DNA from: Synechococcales cyanobacterium VAR_4_metabat_354 | GTDB taxonomy: Bacteria; Cyanobacteriota; Cyanobacteriia; Cyanobacteriales; Chamaesiphonaceae | DNA: 64,000 nt | Direction of reading: 5' to 3' | Assembly: GCA_031414775.1 (NCBI GenBank) | Contig: JANOQI010000016.1 | Location: 128,001 to 192,000 of the forward strand | Position numbers and translations under genes: made by a program | Notes under the pieces: generated by a model | What the model saw: only the letters and a program-made list of their open reading frames with translations | What the model was told of the DNA's origin: nothing | Database searches by the model: none | In this document: positions 33,028 through 42,458 of the stretch, piece by piece | Position numbering within the stretch: position 1 is the first letter of the stretch | Layout: each line of letters opens with the position of its first letter

Positions 33028-33900
33028 TTAGAATGTGCGACTGCGCCACTTATTTAAACGGTATTCAGCGATACTAGCTAAGGCTCGTGCTTCTGATAAT
33101 TGGGCAGTCAAATCATCATTGCCAATAGTCGGTGAGGTACCTTTGGATACCACAGCAGCTCCCACGTTAGCCAAAGGCCGCAATTCGTCAATTTGTTGTT
33201 GCAGCGTGGTACTTTGATTACTGATGGCACTCACTGGCTGAACGACAGGTGGCACATAAACAGGTGTCGCAACGATCGTACTGTGCTGAAACAGATTGGC
33301 CAACATTTGATTAACATCTGTGAACTGAGTGGGTCCCACGGCATTGTAAATCAATACTTTTTGCAGCTTTGGTACATTGCCAGTAGTTAAATCTTTATCA
33401 CTACTAGCTGCCCCGCCCATCAAAGAGCGCATATTAGTTACAGCTTGCATAGACAAGCCATTTTGGGTAGAAAAACCTCGTGCAAATGGCACGACGTTTT
33501 CACCGTAAAAGTTTTGATACTCATCGCTATCTAAATAACTATCAATTTCAGCATCATGGCCACCCTCATCAAGGATGGTGCTGTGGGTACGCATTTCTTC
33601 AAAATCATCGGGTGCTCGCCCTAACAAATGTTTAAAGTTCAGTTCGATCGATCGATAGCGGTAGCAATTATCAAAAAATCTCGACAGGTACAGCTCAGAC
33701 TTGGCAACCTGGCGTACAAACTCGCGCACGCTAATTTCTCTGGCCTTTAACTGCGATTCCGGAACGACGAGCCGCTCACTTTCCATCACATAGGCATTAC
33801 CTAACACTTGACGATAAACGGCATTAATTAAGGTCTCAACAGCAGTGCTGCCATCATCCGATGACAGCCACACAGAACTCTTCGCAAAACTGCTAACCAT
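33028..33900 (-). CDS. Phycobilisome linker polypeptide (CpeC-like N-domain, atypical C-terminus)
   Basis: [57 protein letters not shown]; no CpcD-like C-terminal domain seen. Confidence 0.88.
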   Translation of the reverse strand: MVSSFAKSSVWLSSDDGSTAVETLINAVYRQVLGNAYVMESERLVVPESQLKAREISVREFVRQVAKSELYLSRFFDNCYRYRSIELNFKHLLGRAPDDFEEMRTHSTILDEGGHDAEIDSYLDSDEYQNFYGENVVPFARGFSTQNGLSMQAVTNMRSLMGGAASSDKDLTTGNVPKLQKVLIYNAVGPTQFTDVNQMLANLFQHSTIVATPVYVPPVVQPVSAISNQSTTLQQQIDELRPLANVGAAVVSKGTSPTIGNDDLTAQLSEARALASIAEYRLNKWRSRTF

Positions 33901-33949
33901 CGCAATAGCTCCTGGTTTATGAAAGGTGTTTTTAAAGTTAAAACATCAA

Positions 33950-33974
33950 CACCTCTTGCCAGTGGCAAGAGGTG
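33950..33974. terminator. Intercistronic hairpin between the two linker genes
   Basis: CACCTCTTGCC-AGT-GGCAAGAGGTG perfect 11-bp stem. Confidence 0.55.
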
Positions 33975-33998
33975 GAACAAGAAATTCTTAGCCTCGGA

Positions 33999-34760
33999 CT
34001 AAGCGATTTCTGTAATATTTAAAATTTTGCCGCCAGCTTTTTGAATGCTCTGGATTTTAGTCGAGAGCTGGGCATAGCTAATATCGAAAGATACACTGCT
34101 GCGGGCAGTACGGGAGGCATATTTAACACTGCTAGTTGCAATCCGAAAACGCTTACTAGTATTGCTATAACCACCAGAACCATTGCGAGGAGCACTAATT
34201 TTGGTTGCTAAGTTACCACCAATATCGCTGATGAGTTTGGCTGATTTACCAATATCATTAGCGGCAAAACCCCGATTGATCGCAAAAGTACGATTGAAGC
34301 CGACGTTTTTAATACCAGCTTGGGTCTGATTGCCGCGCACCGATGGTACAATCGCATCCCCAAAGTTGTCTACATACTCATTACTGTCAATATAAGAATT
34401 GATTTCAGCTTCATAGCCGTGATTGTTGTAGATTTGAACATGTTCAGCGATTTCGGCTTGATCTTGCGGTGCCCGACCGAGCAAATGCTTGAAGTTTAAT
34501 TCAATAAAACGATAAGCCGAGGAACTTTCAAAAAATAGTGATTTGTATAGATCAGAATTAGCTACTGCTCTGACAAATTCTCTGACGGTGATATCCCCGT
34601 TACGCAGTAAGGATTCAGCACTATCTAAACGCTGACTTTCCATCACATGAGCATTACCCAAAACTTGACGATAGGCGGCGCGGATCACGCCTTGCAGATC
34701 GTCTTCAGTGGCATTAGAACGCAATTCTACTTGATCGGAATTATTTATCCAAAGAGACAT
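33999..34760 (-). CDS. cpeE: Phycoerythrin-associated rod linker CpeE
   Basis: MSLWI...[55 protein letters not shown]-terminal CpcD-like [22 protein letters not shown], matching my recollection of CpeE. Confidence 0.82.
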   Translation of the reverse strand: MSLWINNSDQVELRSNATEDDLQGVIRAAYRQVLGNAHVMESQRLDSAESLLRNGDITVREFVRAVANSDLYKSLFFESSSAYRFIELNFKHLLGRAPQDQAEIAEHVQIYNNHGYEAEINSYIDSNEYVDNFGDAIVPSVRGNQTQAGIKNVGFNRTFAINRGFAANDIGKSAKLISDIGGNLATKISAPRNGSGGYSNTSKRFRIATSSVKYASRTARSSVSFDISYAQLSTKIQSIQKAGGKILNITEIA

Positions 34761-34912
34761 GGTACTTATCCTTAAAATTTTCAAAAGCTGACTATCACAT
34801 TAAGGCAATATGAGAGCATGATGTATAAATGTTAAGTGCATCTTCACGCTTCAGAAGTTTTACTAACATTTATATTAAGGATTATTAAGACAATTTATTT
34901 TCAGCCTCAAAA

Positions 34913-34942
34913 AAACGCTCCAACCTAAGTAGGGGAGCGTTT
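34913..34942 (-). terminator. Rho-independent terminator of ocp
   Basis: AAACGCTCC...GGAGCGTTT stem with a T run on the minus strand. Confidence 0.65.
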
Positions 34943-34967
34943 ACAGCGTAATTTATTCTAATTGAAA

Positions 34968-35918
34968 TTAGCGAATGTAGTTCAATAGTTCTTTGGGGGA
35001 AGCTAATAGATCGATCGCTACGAAGAAGATTTTACCTTCGGGATCGAGTAAGAAACGCCAAGCCATGTTCATACCAACATTGGCACCAAACCAAGGAGTT
35101 TGCACTTTGCCAGTGACTTTAATCTGATTATAGCTACCTTCCGCTGGCTCAATGGTGCCCCGCTCCGGAATCAGCTTCAGGTTTTGGCATTCTTCTTGCA
35201 GGTAACGAAAAACAGCATCTTTACCAACAATCGGTCTTTGGAAAGGAGGTTGTAGAGCACCGTCGGTGTCAAAAAGAGCAATAACAGCATCGAAGTCATT
35301 GGCATTCATGTTGTTGATGTAGCTCAAGACGGTGGCATTATCTACGCCTTCGATCGAGACAGCTTTCCGCAGTGCTATTTCTTGAGGTAAAACCATCGGC
35401 TCAGATACTTTTGCCGCCCCTTCACCGATATAACCCATGTCTACTACGGTATTTCGTAATACCGTAATCTGTTGACCCTGCTCTAGATCACGAATGGCTT
35501 GTAGAATGGCGGATGCGTTGGCGGAAAGCTTATAGCCTTCTGGGATGGGGGCAACAAGACCTTCAGCCATCCACTCCCCTAATTGATACCAAAAACCTAA
35601 CTTGATGTTGGGAGTAAAAACACCGTAGGCACGACAGACTTCGTTGTCGGCGCGGTTCGCCAAGTCGCACATGGCTTGGGACTGTTCAGTGAAAGACATC
35701 GCCTTAATTTGGTTCAGCAAGCCCTGCGCCAAAATCATACTAGCAGCGCCCGGTGCCGCTACAGTAATGGTGGTACCCATTTCTTCGTAGGCAAACCAAA
35801 TTAGGGCTAACTGATCTTCAGCACTGAGTTGATTGAAGCGAGCGATCGTCGCTGGTACAGCATCAGCAGTCAGAGTGCCGGGGAAAATGCCGCGTGCAGA
35901 ATCAATAGTGAATGACAT
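34968..35918 (-). CDS. ocp: Orange carotenoid protein
   Basis: MSFTIDSARGIFP, EDQLALIWFAY, NIKLGFWY, GQQITVLRN, KVQTPWFG, FVAIDLLASPKELL; 316 aa. Confidence 0.97.
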   Translation of the reverse strand: MSFTIDSARGIFPGTLTADAVPATIARFNQLSAEDQLALIWFAYEEMGTTITVAAPGAASMILAQGLLNQIKAMSFTEQSQAMCDLANRADNEVCRAYGVFTPNIKLGFWYQLGEWMAEGLVAPIPEGYKLSANASAILQAIRDLEQGQQITVLRNTVVDMGYIGEGAAKVSEPMVLPQEIALRKAVSIEGVDNATVLSYINNMNANDFDAVIALFDTDGALQPPFQRPIVGKDAVFRYLQEECQNLKLIPERGTIEPAEGSYNQIKVTGKVQTPWFGANVGMNMAWRFLLDPEGKIFFVAIDLLASPKELLNYIR

Positions 35919-36042
35919 ATAGCATTACTCCAAATTTTATAGCTTTATTTTATGTGTTGTTGAGCGGAAAGATAGCGAATATTCGCGAACTAGTTACATA
36001 CTTTATTACATTTTGTTAACAAAAGTAAATATATCTTTACAA

Positions 36043-36732
36043 TTATTTAACAGATGGTAACTTATACCAAGGCAGCTGGGGATATTCATGATGCTCCCAG
36101 TGATAGCCAAAATGGTAACAGGTCAACAAAGACCACAGGGTTGATAAGTTGCTGCTGCGCGATCGATGTTCTCCCAAGTTGACTGGGGAATGATGGGGCA
36201 GAAAAGTACCAAAATAGAAGAGCTGGAGCGAGCTGAGCAAGATCGGCAGCACCCAGAACAACAGCAAGTTAGCGATCGATACTTGCCCGAACCAGTACAA
36301 ACAAATAAAAATAGTAGCCATTCCCAGCAGTAATGTCCAAACTTGTCGGCGCGGCACCCCGACTAAATAACCGCGCATAAATTGGAGATACCATTGCCCA
36401 ATCCCCTGTTCACAAAAATCTGGGTCTAGCTCAGTGGCTGGATGCTGGTGATGGAGCTGGTGTTTAGCTTGCAGGGCAGAATAGGACAAAAAAGCGTAGA
36501 GAGTAGTACAAAGTCTGCCAACGAAATGGTTTAGGCGGGGATGATCGATCGAGACTGTGCCATGCATCGCATCATGAGCCGTCACAAACAGTCCGGTATG
36601 GAAAAAAGTCCGCAGCGCAATCACCGCCAGGATTATCATTAGCGGACAGTGAGCAACATCCAGCCAACAAGCCCCCACCAGGCTTACTGTCCAAGCAGTC
36701 AATAGCAGCAAAGGAACCAGTAGGCCAACCAA
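36043..36732 (-). CDS. crtW: Beta-carotene ketolase
   Basis: His boxes HTGLFVTAHDAMHG, HQLHH, CYHFGYHWEHH; LQLFYFGTFLPH; adjacent to ocp. Confidence 0.88.
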   Translation of the reverse strand: MVGLLVPLLLLTAWTVSLVGACWLDVAHCPLMIILAVIALRTFFHTGLFVTAHDAMHGTVSIDHPRLNHFVGRLCTTLYAFLSYSALQAKHQLHHQHPATELDPDFCEQGIGQWYLQFMRGYLVGVPRRQVWTLLLGMATIFICLYWFGQVSIANLLLFWVLPILLSSLQLFYFGTFLPHHSPVNLGEHRSRSSNLSTLWSLLTCYHFGYHWEHHEYPQLPWYKLPSVK

Positions 36733-36944
36733 TATTTACACAAGAGAATAACGCCATCCTAGAGTCTAGCGGAAAAATTGGGCTTGGTCGGAATCTTCCA
36801 GCGTTCCGGTCGCGTCAGTTCTAGTTAAGTTCCTCACCACTGCGGGAGTAGATAGCAACCTTGATGCTAGGATTACACCGCAGCGATCAGTGCTCTGGTG
36901 CCACACCCAGATTGCGAATGTCCAAATCGTTTTTCTCTAAAAAT

Positions 36945-38720
36945 ATGAAATCAAAGTTTTTAGTATCCACAGGTCTGGTTCTGCTAGGAGTAATGGAGCT
37001 ATGTATATTAGCTGTTCATCCACAGACAGTCCAAGCTCAGCAGGGGGTCGCCGCCCATCAAGGGGTAGAAGTAGTAATCAATGGCAACAAAGTTGCCCTG
37101 CCCTGGCGCACGAATGGCAAAAAACTAGAACTGAGTGATACCGGATTGCTGTATCAGTTTGGCTTGGAATTACTAAATACCAGCAGTTACCGCCAGCAGC
37201 CGGTTGACGGTTATGCCAACGCCAAAATGAGTCTGTCTGCTAGTTTGAACAAGCAATATCGCTACTTAGATATCACGAAACTGGCAACAGCCAATAAGTG
37301 GAACTGGAAAACAACGGGTAAGCAACTGCAAATTAATACACCCAAACTGACGGTGGCGGATGTACAAGCCAATAATTTGGGGAGTGATCGAGGCCAAATT
37401 ACGATCAAGCTCGATGGTACTGTGCCCTGGCGATTGAGTCAGGATGCCACTGAGGGATTTTTGACTATTTATACTGCTGCTAAGCCGCAGCTAGTGACTT
37501 TAACTAGTCCTAGTTCTACCCCAACTCCGAGAAGCAATGAACCGGGCGATGAGCAAAAAATTACTAATACCAACTTTCAAGTAACCAGTACCGGCCAAAA
37601 AACCATAATTCAGTTTCCAATCAAACTCGGAACCAGAGCCAGAGCCAAAAATATTGCTGGTCGGCAGATTGCGATCGATATCACGCCCACTGCCATGACC
37701 GAAAGAAAAATTGCCTGGGCACCGGGATTGAATTGGCAGCAAAAATGGCAGCCGGTAGGCAAAGATCGTTTTCCAGTTTCCCTATTAGAACTAGATCCGC
37801 AGCAAGTGCAGCTCCGCCCCATTCTGCCCCAGCCGGATACGGTAGTCGGTAGCCAACCGATCAGCCTGATTACAGCTAATCAACAGGCCGCCGCCGCCAT
37901 CAATGGGGGTTATTTCAATCGCAATACTCGCCAACCCCTGGGGGCGATCAAAATAAATGGCAAGCTGCTCTCCAGCCCGATCTTGGGCAGAAGTGCTTTA
38001 GGCTGGCAAAAAAAAGATGGTTGGGAAATTGCTCGTTTCAGCTATGCCGAAACTATTAGTAATAGCCAAGGACAAAAGGTGAGTAATACCTTTCTGAACA
38101 GTGGCTACGCCCAAAATGGAGTAGCTAGATACACTACTGCTTGGGGTAAGGCTTATCAACCAATTACAAATAATGAGCTAGTGCTGACTGTCCAAAATAA
38201 CCAAATCACACGAGTTACGCCGCGCGGGGAAGCCAAGAGCGTGACTATTCCAATTCCGGCTAATGGTTACCTGTTGGTAGGTCGAGGCATTGGCACTTTG
38301 GAGGATTGGCAACCGGGTAGTAGTGTATCGATCACAAATGTGAGCAAGCCAGCAACATTCGATCGATATGCTCACATTTTGGGGGCAGGGCCTTGGTTAA
38401 TCCAAAATGGTCAGGTGGTCTTAGATGCCCAGGCCGAGAAATTCAGCGGCTCGTTTGGGATCCAGTCGGCGGCGCGCAGTGCGATCGCCTTTAATGCTCA
38501 GGGAAAAATCTTGATTGTGGCTGTGCACGATCGAGCAGGGGGCAAAGGTCCAACCTTGGCCGAACTCGCCCAACTCCTCAAACAAATGGGCGCAGTAGAT
38601 GCTCTAAATCTAGACGGTGGCAGTTCAACCAGTATGGTGGTGGGCGGGCAGTTGGTGAATAGGTCGCCCGCTACTGCGGCTAGGGTTCATAACGGCTTGG
38701 GTATTTTTTTGGAGCGTTAG
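36945..38720 (+). CDS. Phosphodiester glycosidase (NAGPA/DUF2233-like) family protein, secreted
   Basis: AAAAINGGYFN, LGAGPWLI, ARSAIA, ALNLDGGSST; start ATG 36945 inferred. Confidence 0.85.
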   Translation: MKSKFLVSTGLVLLGVMELCILAVHPQTVQAQQGVAAHQGVEVVINGNKVALPWRTNGKKLELSDTGLLYQFGLELLNTSSYRQQPVDGYANAKMSLSASLNKQYRYLDITKLATANKWNWKTTGKQLQINTPKLTVADVQANNLGSDRGQITIKLDGTVPWRLSQDATEGFLTIYTAAKPQLVTLTSPSSTPTPRSNEPGDEQKITNTNFQVTSTGQKTIIQFPIKLGTRARAKNIAGRQIAIDITPTAMTERKIAWAPGLNWQQKWQPVGKDRFPVSLLELDPQQVQLRPILPQPDTVVGSQPISLITANQQAAAAINGGYFNRNTRQPLGAIKINGKLLSSPILGRSALGWQKKDGWEIARFSYAETISNSQGQKVSNTFLNSGYAQNGVARYTTAWGKAYQPITNNELVLTVQNNQITRVTPRGEAKSVTIPIPANGYLLVGRGIGTLEDWQPGSSVSITNVSKPATFDRYAHILGAGPWLIQNGQVVLDAQAEKFSGSFGIQSAARSAIAFNAQGKILIVAVHDRAGGKGPTLAELAQLLKQMGAVDALNLDGGSSTSMVVGGQLVNRSPATAARVHNGLGIFLER

Positions 38721-38793
38721 CTTTTGGCCGCAAACTGAAGAAACCAATGCTGGGTGGTAGAGGTAAAACTAGATACCATCCCAGCACGGCTGG

Positions 38794-38946
38794 TTAGTAG
38801 AGAGGATCATCATAGGGGGGAATCGAATATTGCTCGTCAGCTGCCAAATTGTGAGCGAGAGATTGGCGCTGAGCGATTTTAAACCCTAAGAGTGATTCTA
38901 GAGTTTCAGCGACTTTTTGCGCCAGTAACGAAATTGTTAACATCAT
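38794..38946 (-). CDS. Possible 50-aa small protein
   Basis: MMLTISLLAQKVAETLESLLGFKIAQRQSLAHNLAADEQYSIPPYDDPLY; hairpin at about 38749-38786 lies just after its stop. Confidence 0.35.
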   Translation of the reverse strand: MMLTISLLAQKVAETLESLLGFKIAQRQSLAHNLAADEQYSIPPYDDPLY

Positions 38947-39244
38947 TTTTGTGACCCATATTATGTGTGGTAACTGGAAAATCAATCCAGGTAAATTGAA
39001 ACAATCAAGAATAAGTAGACTTCGATCTTCTTAACTTGGTCTTAATTAAAAAGATGAATTTTTGATGAATTTGTTTCTTGAGAAACGAACACAAATGCCA
39101 AAATGTGTCTATTCCGTGAGTGCTGACACTGATAGCTGGGTTTATTATCTGGAGTTGATTTGCTAAAAAGTGGCTGTCCCACTATATTTCTTGCAATGAT
39201 TAGGCTGTCAAATATTTGGGATGTTCTGGAAGGTAAATAAATGT

Positions 39245-39351
39245 TGAGCGAGCGGATGCGGAGTCTTACTTCCGTATCGGGAATCCCTATTCCTGCTTAG
39301 TGGTCGATCGAACGGTAATTCGGCATAATAAAAAAGCCGTCTGTGACCACT
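39245..39351 (+). ncRNA. Candidate structured RNA (sRNA or 5' leader)
   Basis: Five stems visible (see findings), G-U pairs favour the + strand. Confidence 0.5.
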
Positions 39352-39358
39352 TACGATC

Positions 39359-39856
39359 ATGAAAGCCTCTGATGTCACCGCCATCTCCACCTACACCCAA
39401 GACGATATTCAGCAGATTCTGCACCTAGCTCTGACCAAACAGAGTAGTAATGGTGATTTAGAGTTTTCCCATCAGCAATTGGTCGAAATTGCCGAAGAAA
39501 TGAATATTGGTCTAGATACCCTCCAGTCGGCCAAGCAAGATTGGCTAATCAATCAAAGCAGTAGCCAGCAGCGTATCGAGTTCGATCAACATCGCCAGCA
39601 AAAATTCAAAAAGAGCTTAGGCAAATACGCAATTGTTAATACCTTTTTGGTGGGTATTAATGTGTTGCTGATGGGCGGCGGTTTTTTGTGGTCGCTATAT
39701 GTTTTGGGCTTTTGGGGAATGGGGATGGCTTTGAAGGGTTGGAACCTGTATCATTTGGCAGGCGAAGATTACGATCGACAGCTGCAAAAATGGCACAGCA
39801 ATCGCAAAATTCGCCAGTCAGTGCATAGCCTCATTGCCAAAGTATTGCCTGGTTGA
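39359..39856 (+). CDS. 2TM domain-containing membrane protein
   Basis: YTQDDIQQILHLAL, FSHQQLVEIAEEMNI, two C-terminal TM segments (YAIVNTFLVGIN, WSLYVLGFWGMG). Confidence 0.75.
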   Translation: MKASDVTAISTYTQDDIQQILHLALTKQSSNGDLEFSHQQLVEIAEEMNIGLDTLQSAKQDWLINQSSSQQRIEFDQHRQQKFKKSLGKYAIVNTFLVGINVLLMGGGFLWSLYVLGFWGMGMALKGWNLYHLAGEDYDRQLQKWHSNRKIRQSVHSLIAKVLPG

Positions 39857-39872
39857 GTTTGGTTGGATTTGA

Positions 39873-41234
39873 TCAAATGCCGCGCAGCGTAAGCACTTGA
39901 GGCGGCGTAGCATCTGGCGGATATAGTAAATCCACTTGCACCATGTTTTTCCCTAATGGTGGCAAGGTTAAAGTCGTGAGCGGACTGCCCTGTTGACCGC
40001 GTTTTTGCACCAAGTGATAGAACTTAGTCTGGGTAGTGCCTTGGGCATTTTGATATTTAACTTTCACTGTGCCCCGCCAGAAAACGGGCTTAGGCAAAGG
40101 CTGTAAGAACCGCAAACCCCCACCATCTAGTTGATCTTGTTTGAGTGGTGTTTGAAGTGCCAAGGTGACAGTTTTAGCTTGCTTGGTCGGATTCGATAGC
40201 GGTAACTTGAGGCTGTACTGCACTCCATAATTACCGTGGGCTTGATAGGCCGTATCGGGATAGCGGACAGCCATCGGGGCACTCTGTACCTGATTAGTGC
40301 CAAAAGTCCCACCGGGCAAGGTCGCCAGCCCCCAAGAAATTGCTTTACCTTTGGGCGGCACTTGCAAAAATTTACTGCCCTTGTCTACCAATCTGGTTTG
40401 CCAGCGGGAGCCGATCGATACCCCGGCCACCCGGCCATAAATTCGCGCTTTATCGCTATCTGGTGGAGTTGGTGTGCGATCGCGTGGAGTCGAAAGATTT
40501 CCTTGCTCCAACACCTGCTGCCACTCCGTCATATTCGGTGCCCGCTCCTGACCCGCCGCATCTTGCGGTGCAAACAAAGCCATAATAGCCATCTGTACCG
40601 GGCCAGAGCTAAACAATCGCAAATAGCTCGATCGACCATTAATCGGCGGTGTGAGACTAGCCACTGGAATCGGTAGATTCATCAATAATTTACTGCCCCC
40701 GGCTGGAATGGTTATCTGAGCAGGAAAAATGCTCTGCCGCCCACCCCGCAAAACCTCACCCATCACCCGACTACCCGGTCCGGCGTAGATATTACCAGCG
40801 GCATTATCCAACTGAGTAGCTAGTTCGATAAAGGGCGCATCTGGTTGACTGAGATAACTAGCGCCCTGCAAAACTTTAATGGTGACAGATCGCTTGCCCG
40901 GATTTTTGACTAGTACTCCCAGATACAGAGTCCGTAAATTATCGGCGGGTTGGGCTTTGGCAACATGGTGAGCAAAAATATCAAAGTAGCCAGTCAGCGG
41001 ATAGTTCAAATGAGCCGCCGGATTCGCTTTGCCCTTACCCGGAAAGGTAGACAGCAAAATACCTTCTTGTAAGACTAATTCGGGACTATTGCTATTAAAA
41101 ACCGGTACATTATCCAACTTGCCAGGTAAAGGACGAACTTCTTGCATTTCCACAATCTCTTGTGGTTTAACTTCTGGAGGTTTGGGGGTAGGTGGAGCAG
41201 GCAATGTTTGGGCAAGTAAGAAAACTGGCAGCAT
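39873..41234 (-). CDS. DUF3370 family protein
   Basis: VRPLPGKLD.VPVFNSNSPE, GILLSTFP, AHGNYGVQY, YPPDATPPQVLT. Confidence 0.75.
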   Translation of the reverse strand: MLPVFLLAQTLPAPPTPKPPEVKPQEIVEMQEVRPLPGKLDNVPVFNSNSPELVLQEGILLSTFPGKGKANPAAHLNYPLTGYFDIFAHHVAKAQPADNLRTLYLGVLVKNPGKRSVTIKVLQGASYLSQPDAPFIELATQLDNAAGNIYAGPGSRVMGEVLRGGRQSIFPAQITIPAGGSKLLMNLPIPVASLTPPINGRSSYLRLFSSGPVQMAIMALFAPQDAAGQERAPNMTEWQQVLEQGNLSTPRDRTPTPPDSDKARIYGRVAGVSIGSRWQTRLVDKGSKFLQVPPKGKAISWGLATLPGGTFGTNQVQSAPMAVRYPDTAYQAHGNYGVQYSLKLPLSNPTKQAKTVTLALQTPLKQDQLDGGGLRFLQPLPKPVFWRGTVKVKYQNAQGTTQTKFYHLVQKRGQQGSPLTTLTLPPLGKNMVQVDLLYPPDATPPQVLTLRGI

Positions 41235-41327
41235 ATTTGTGGTGGTAGATTGATTCCAGAGATTATATTAAGTTAGTTGATTGCTGATTATCAATCGACG
41301 TTCCCGCTCTTCATCCTTCTTATTTTC

Positions 41328-42425
41328 ATGACCCAGCCTACTGTCTATGTCACTATTACCAATCATGGCTTTGGCCATGCTGCCCGGACAGCCGCAGTAG
41401 CAGGCATGATTCAACAACTGAATCCAGAAATAAAATTAATTATTACCACCACAGCGCCCCGCTGGTTAATTGCCAGCTATATTTCTGGTGATTTTGTCTA
41501 TCGTCCCTATGGCTATGATGTGGGCGTAATTCAAGCTGATAGCTTGAATATGGATTTGCCGGCTACTGTTGCGAGATGGCAAGATATTATCGATCGACAG
41601 GAAGAAATTGTCCGCAGCGAAGCCAGCTTTTTACGCGAGCAGCAAGTCAATTTGGTATTAGCCGATATTCCGCCCCTCGCTCCCCTGATTGCCCACCGCG
41701 CAAACGTACCCTGCTGGGCGGCGACTAATTTTGGTTGGGATTTTATCTATCGAGATTGGGGAGAAGACTTTGCCGATATTACCGACTGGATCAGCAGTTG
41801 CTATCAACAGTGCGATCGATTGTTTCGGTTGCCCATGCATGAATCACTCAATCGGTTTACCGTAATGGAAGATGTGGGTTTAACTGGTGGTCAGCCCCGT
41901 TACGAGACTGCCGAGTTGCAAGCCAGACTAGGCTTTAATCATCCCCAAGACAAAACAGCCCTATTAGTATTTGGGGGCTTAGGACTGCAATCTATTCCCT
42001 ATCACAACCTTAGTAACTTTCCCGACTGGCAGTTTCTGACTTTTGACAAAACTGCACCGTCTCTGCCCAACCTGCACCAAATTCCTGATCCATCTGGGAC
42101 TGATCTAGGACAACATTATCGACCCGTGGATTTATTCCCGCTCTGTGGCTTAGTCATTTCCAAGCCAGGTTACACCACCTATGCCGAGGCCATGATGGCA
42201 AATATTCCGGTAGCAACGATCGATCGCCAAGGTTTTGCGGAATCGGCCATAATTCTGAAGGGCTTACAAGACCATAGTTCCCACCAACTAATTACTGACC
42301 AAGATTTCTTTACCGGCAGCTGGGGATTTCTCAACCAATTGATTCAGCCCGCCCGGACTGGACAGGCTTATCGTAATAATGGCACGGAGACGATCGCTCA
42401 GGCCGTGGTGAAGTACCTAAGCTAA
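41328..42425 (+). CDS. Glycosyltransferase-fold protein (GT-B, arabinokinase N-domain-like)
   Basis: ITNHGFGHAAR, NFGWDFIY, VISKPGYTT.AEA. Confidence 0.75.
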   Translation: MTQPTVYVTITNHGFGHAARTAAVAGMIQQLNPEIKLIITTTAPRWLIASYISGDFVYRPYGYDVGVIQADSLNMDLPATVARWQDIIDRQEEIVRSEASFLREQQVNLVLADIPPLAPLIAHRANVPCWAATNFGWDFIYRDWGEDFADITDWISSCYQQCDRLFRLPMHESLNRFTVMEDVGLTGGQPRYETAELQARLGFNHPQDKTALLVFGGLGLQSIPYHNLSNFPDWQFLTFDKTAPSLPNLHQIPDPSGTDLGQHYRPVDLFPLCGLVISKPGYTTYAEAMMANIPVATIDRQGFAESAIILKGLQDHSSHQLITDQDFFTGSWGFLNQLIQPARTGQAYRNNGTETIAQAVVKYLS

Positions 42426-42458
42426 ATTATAGTAATTTTGGTAATTTTCGGGCTAGTT

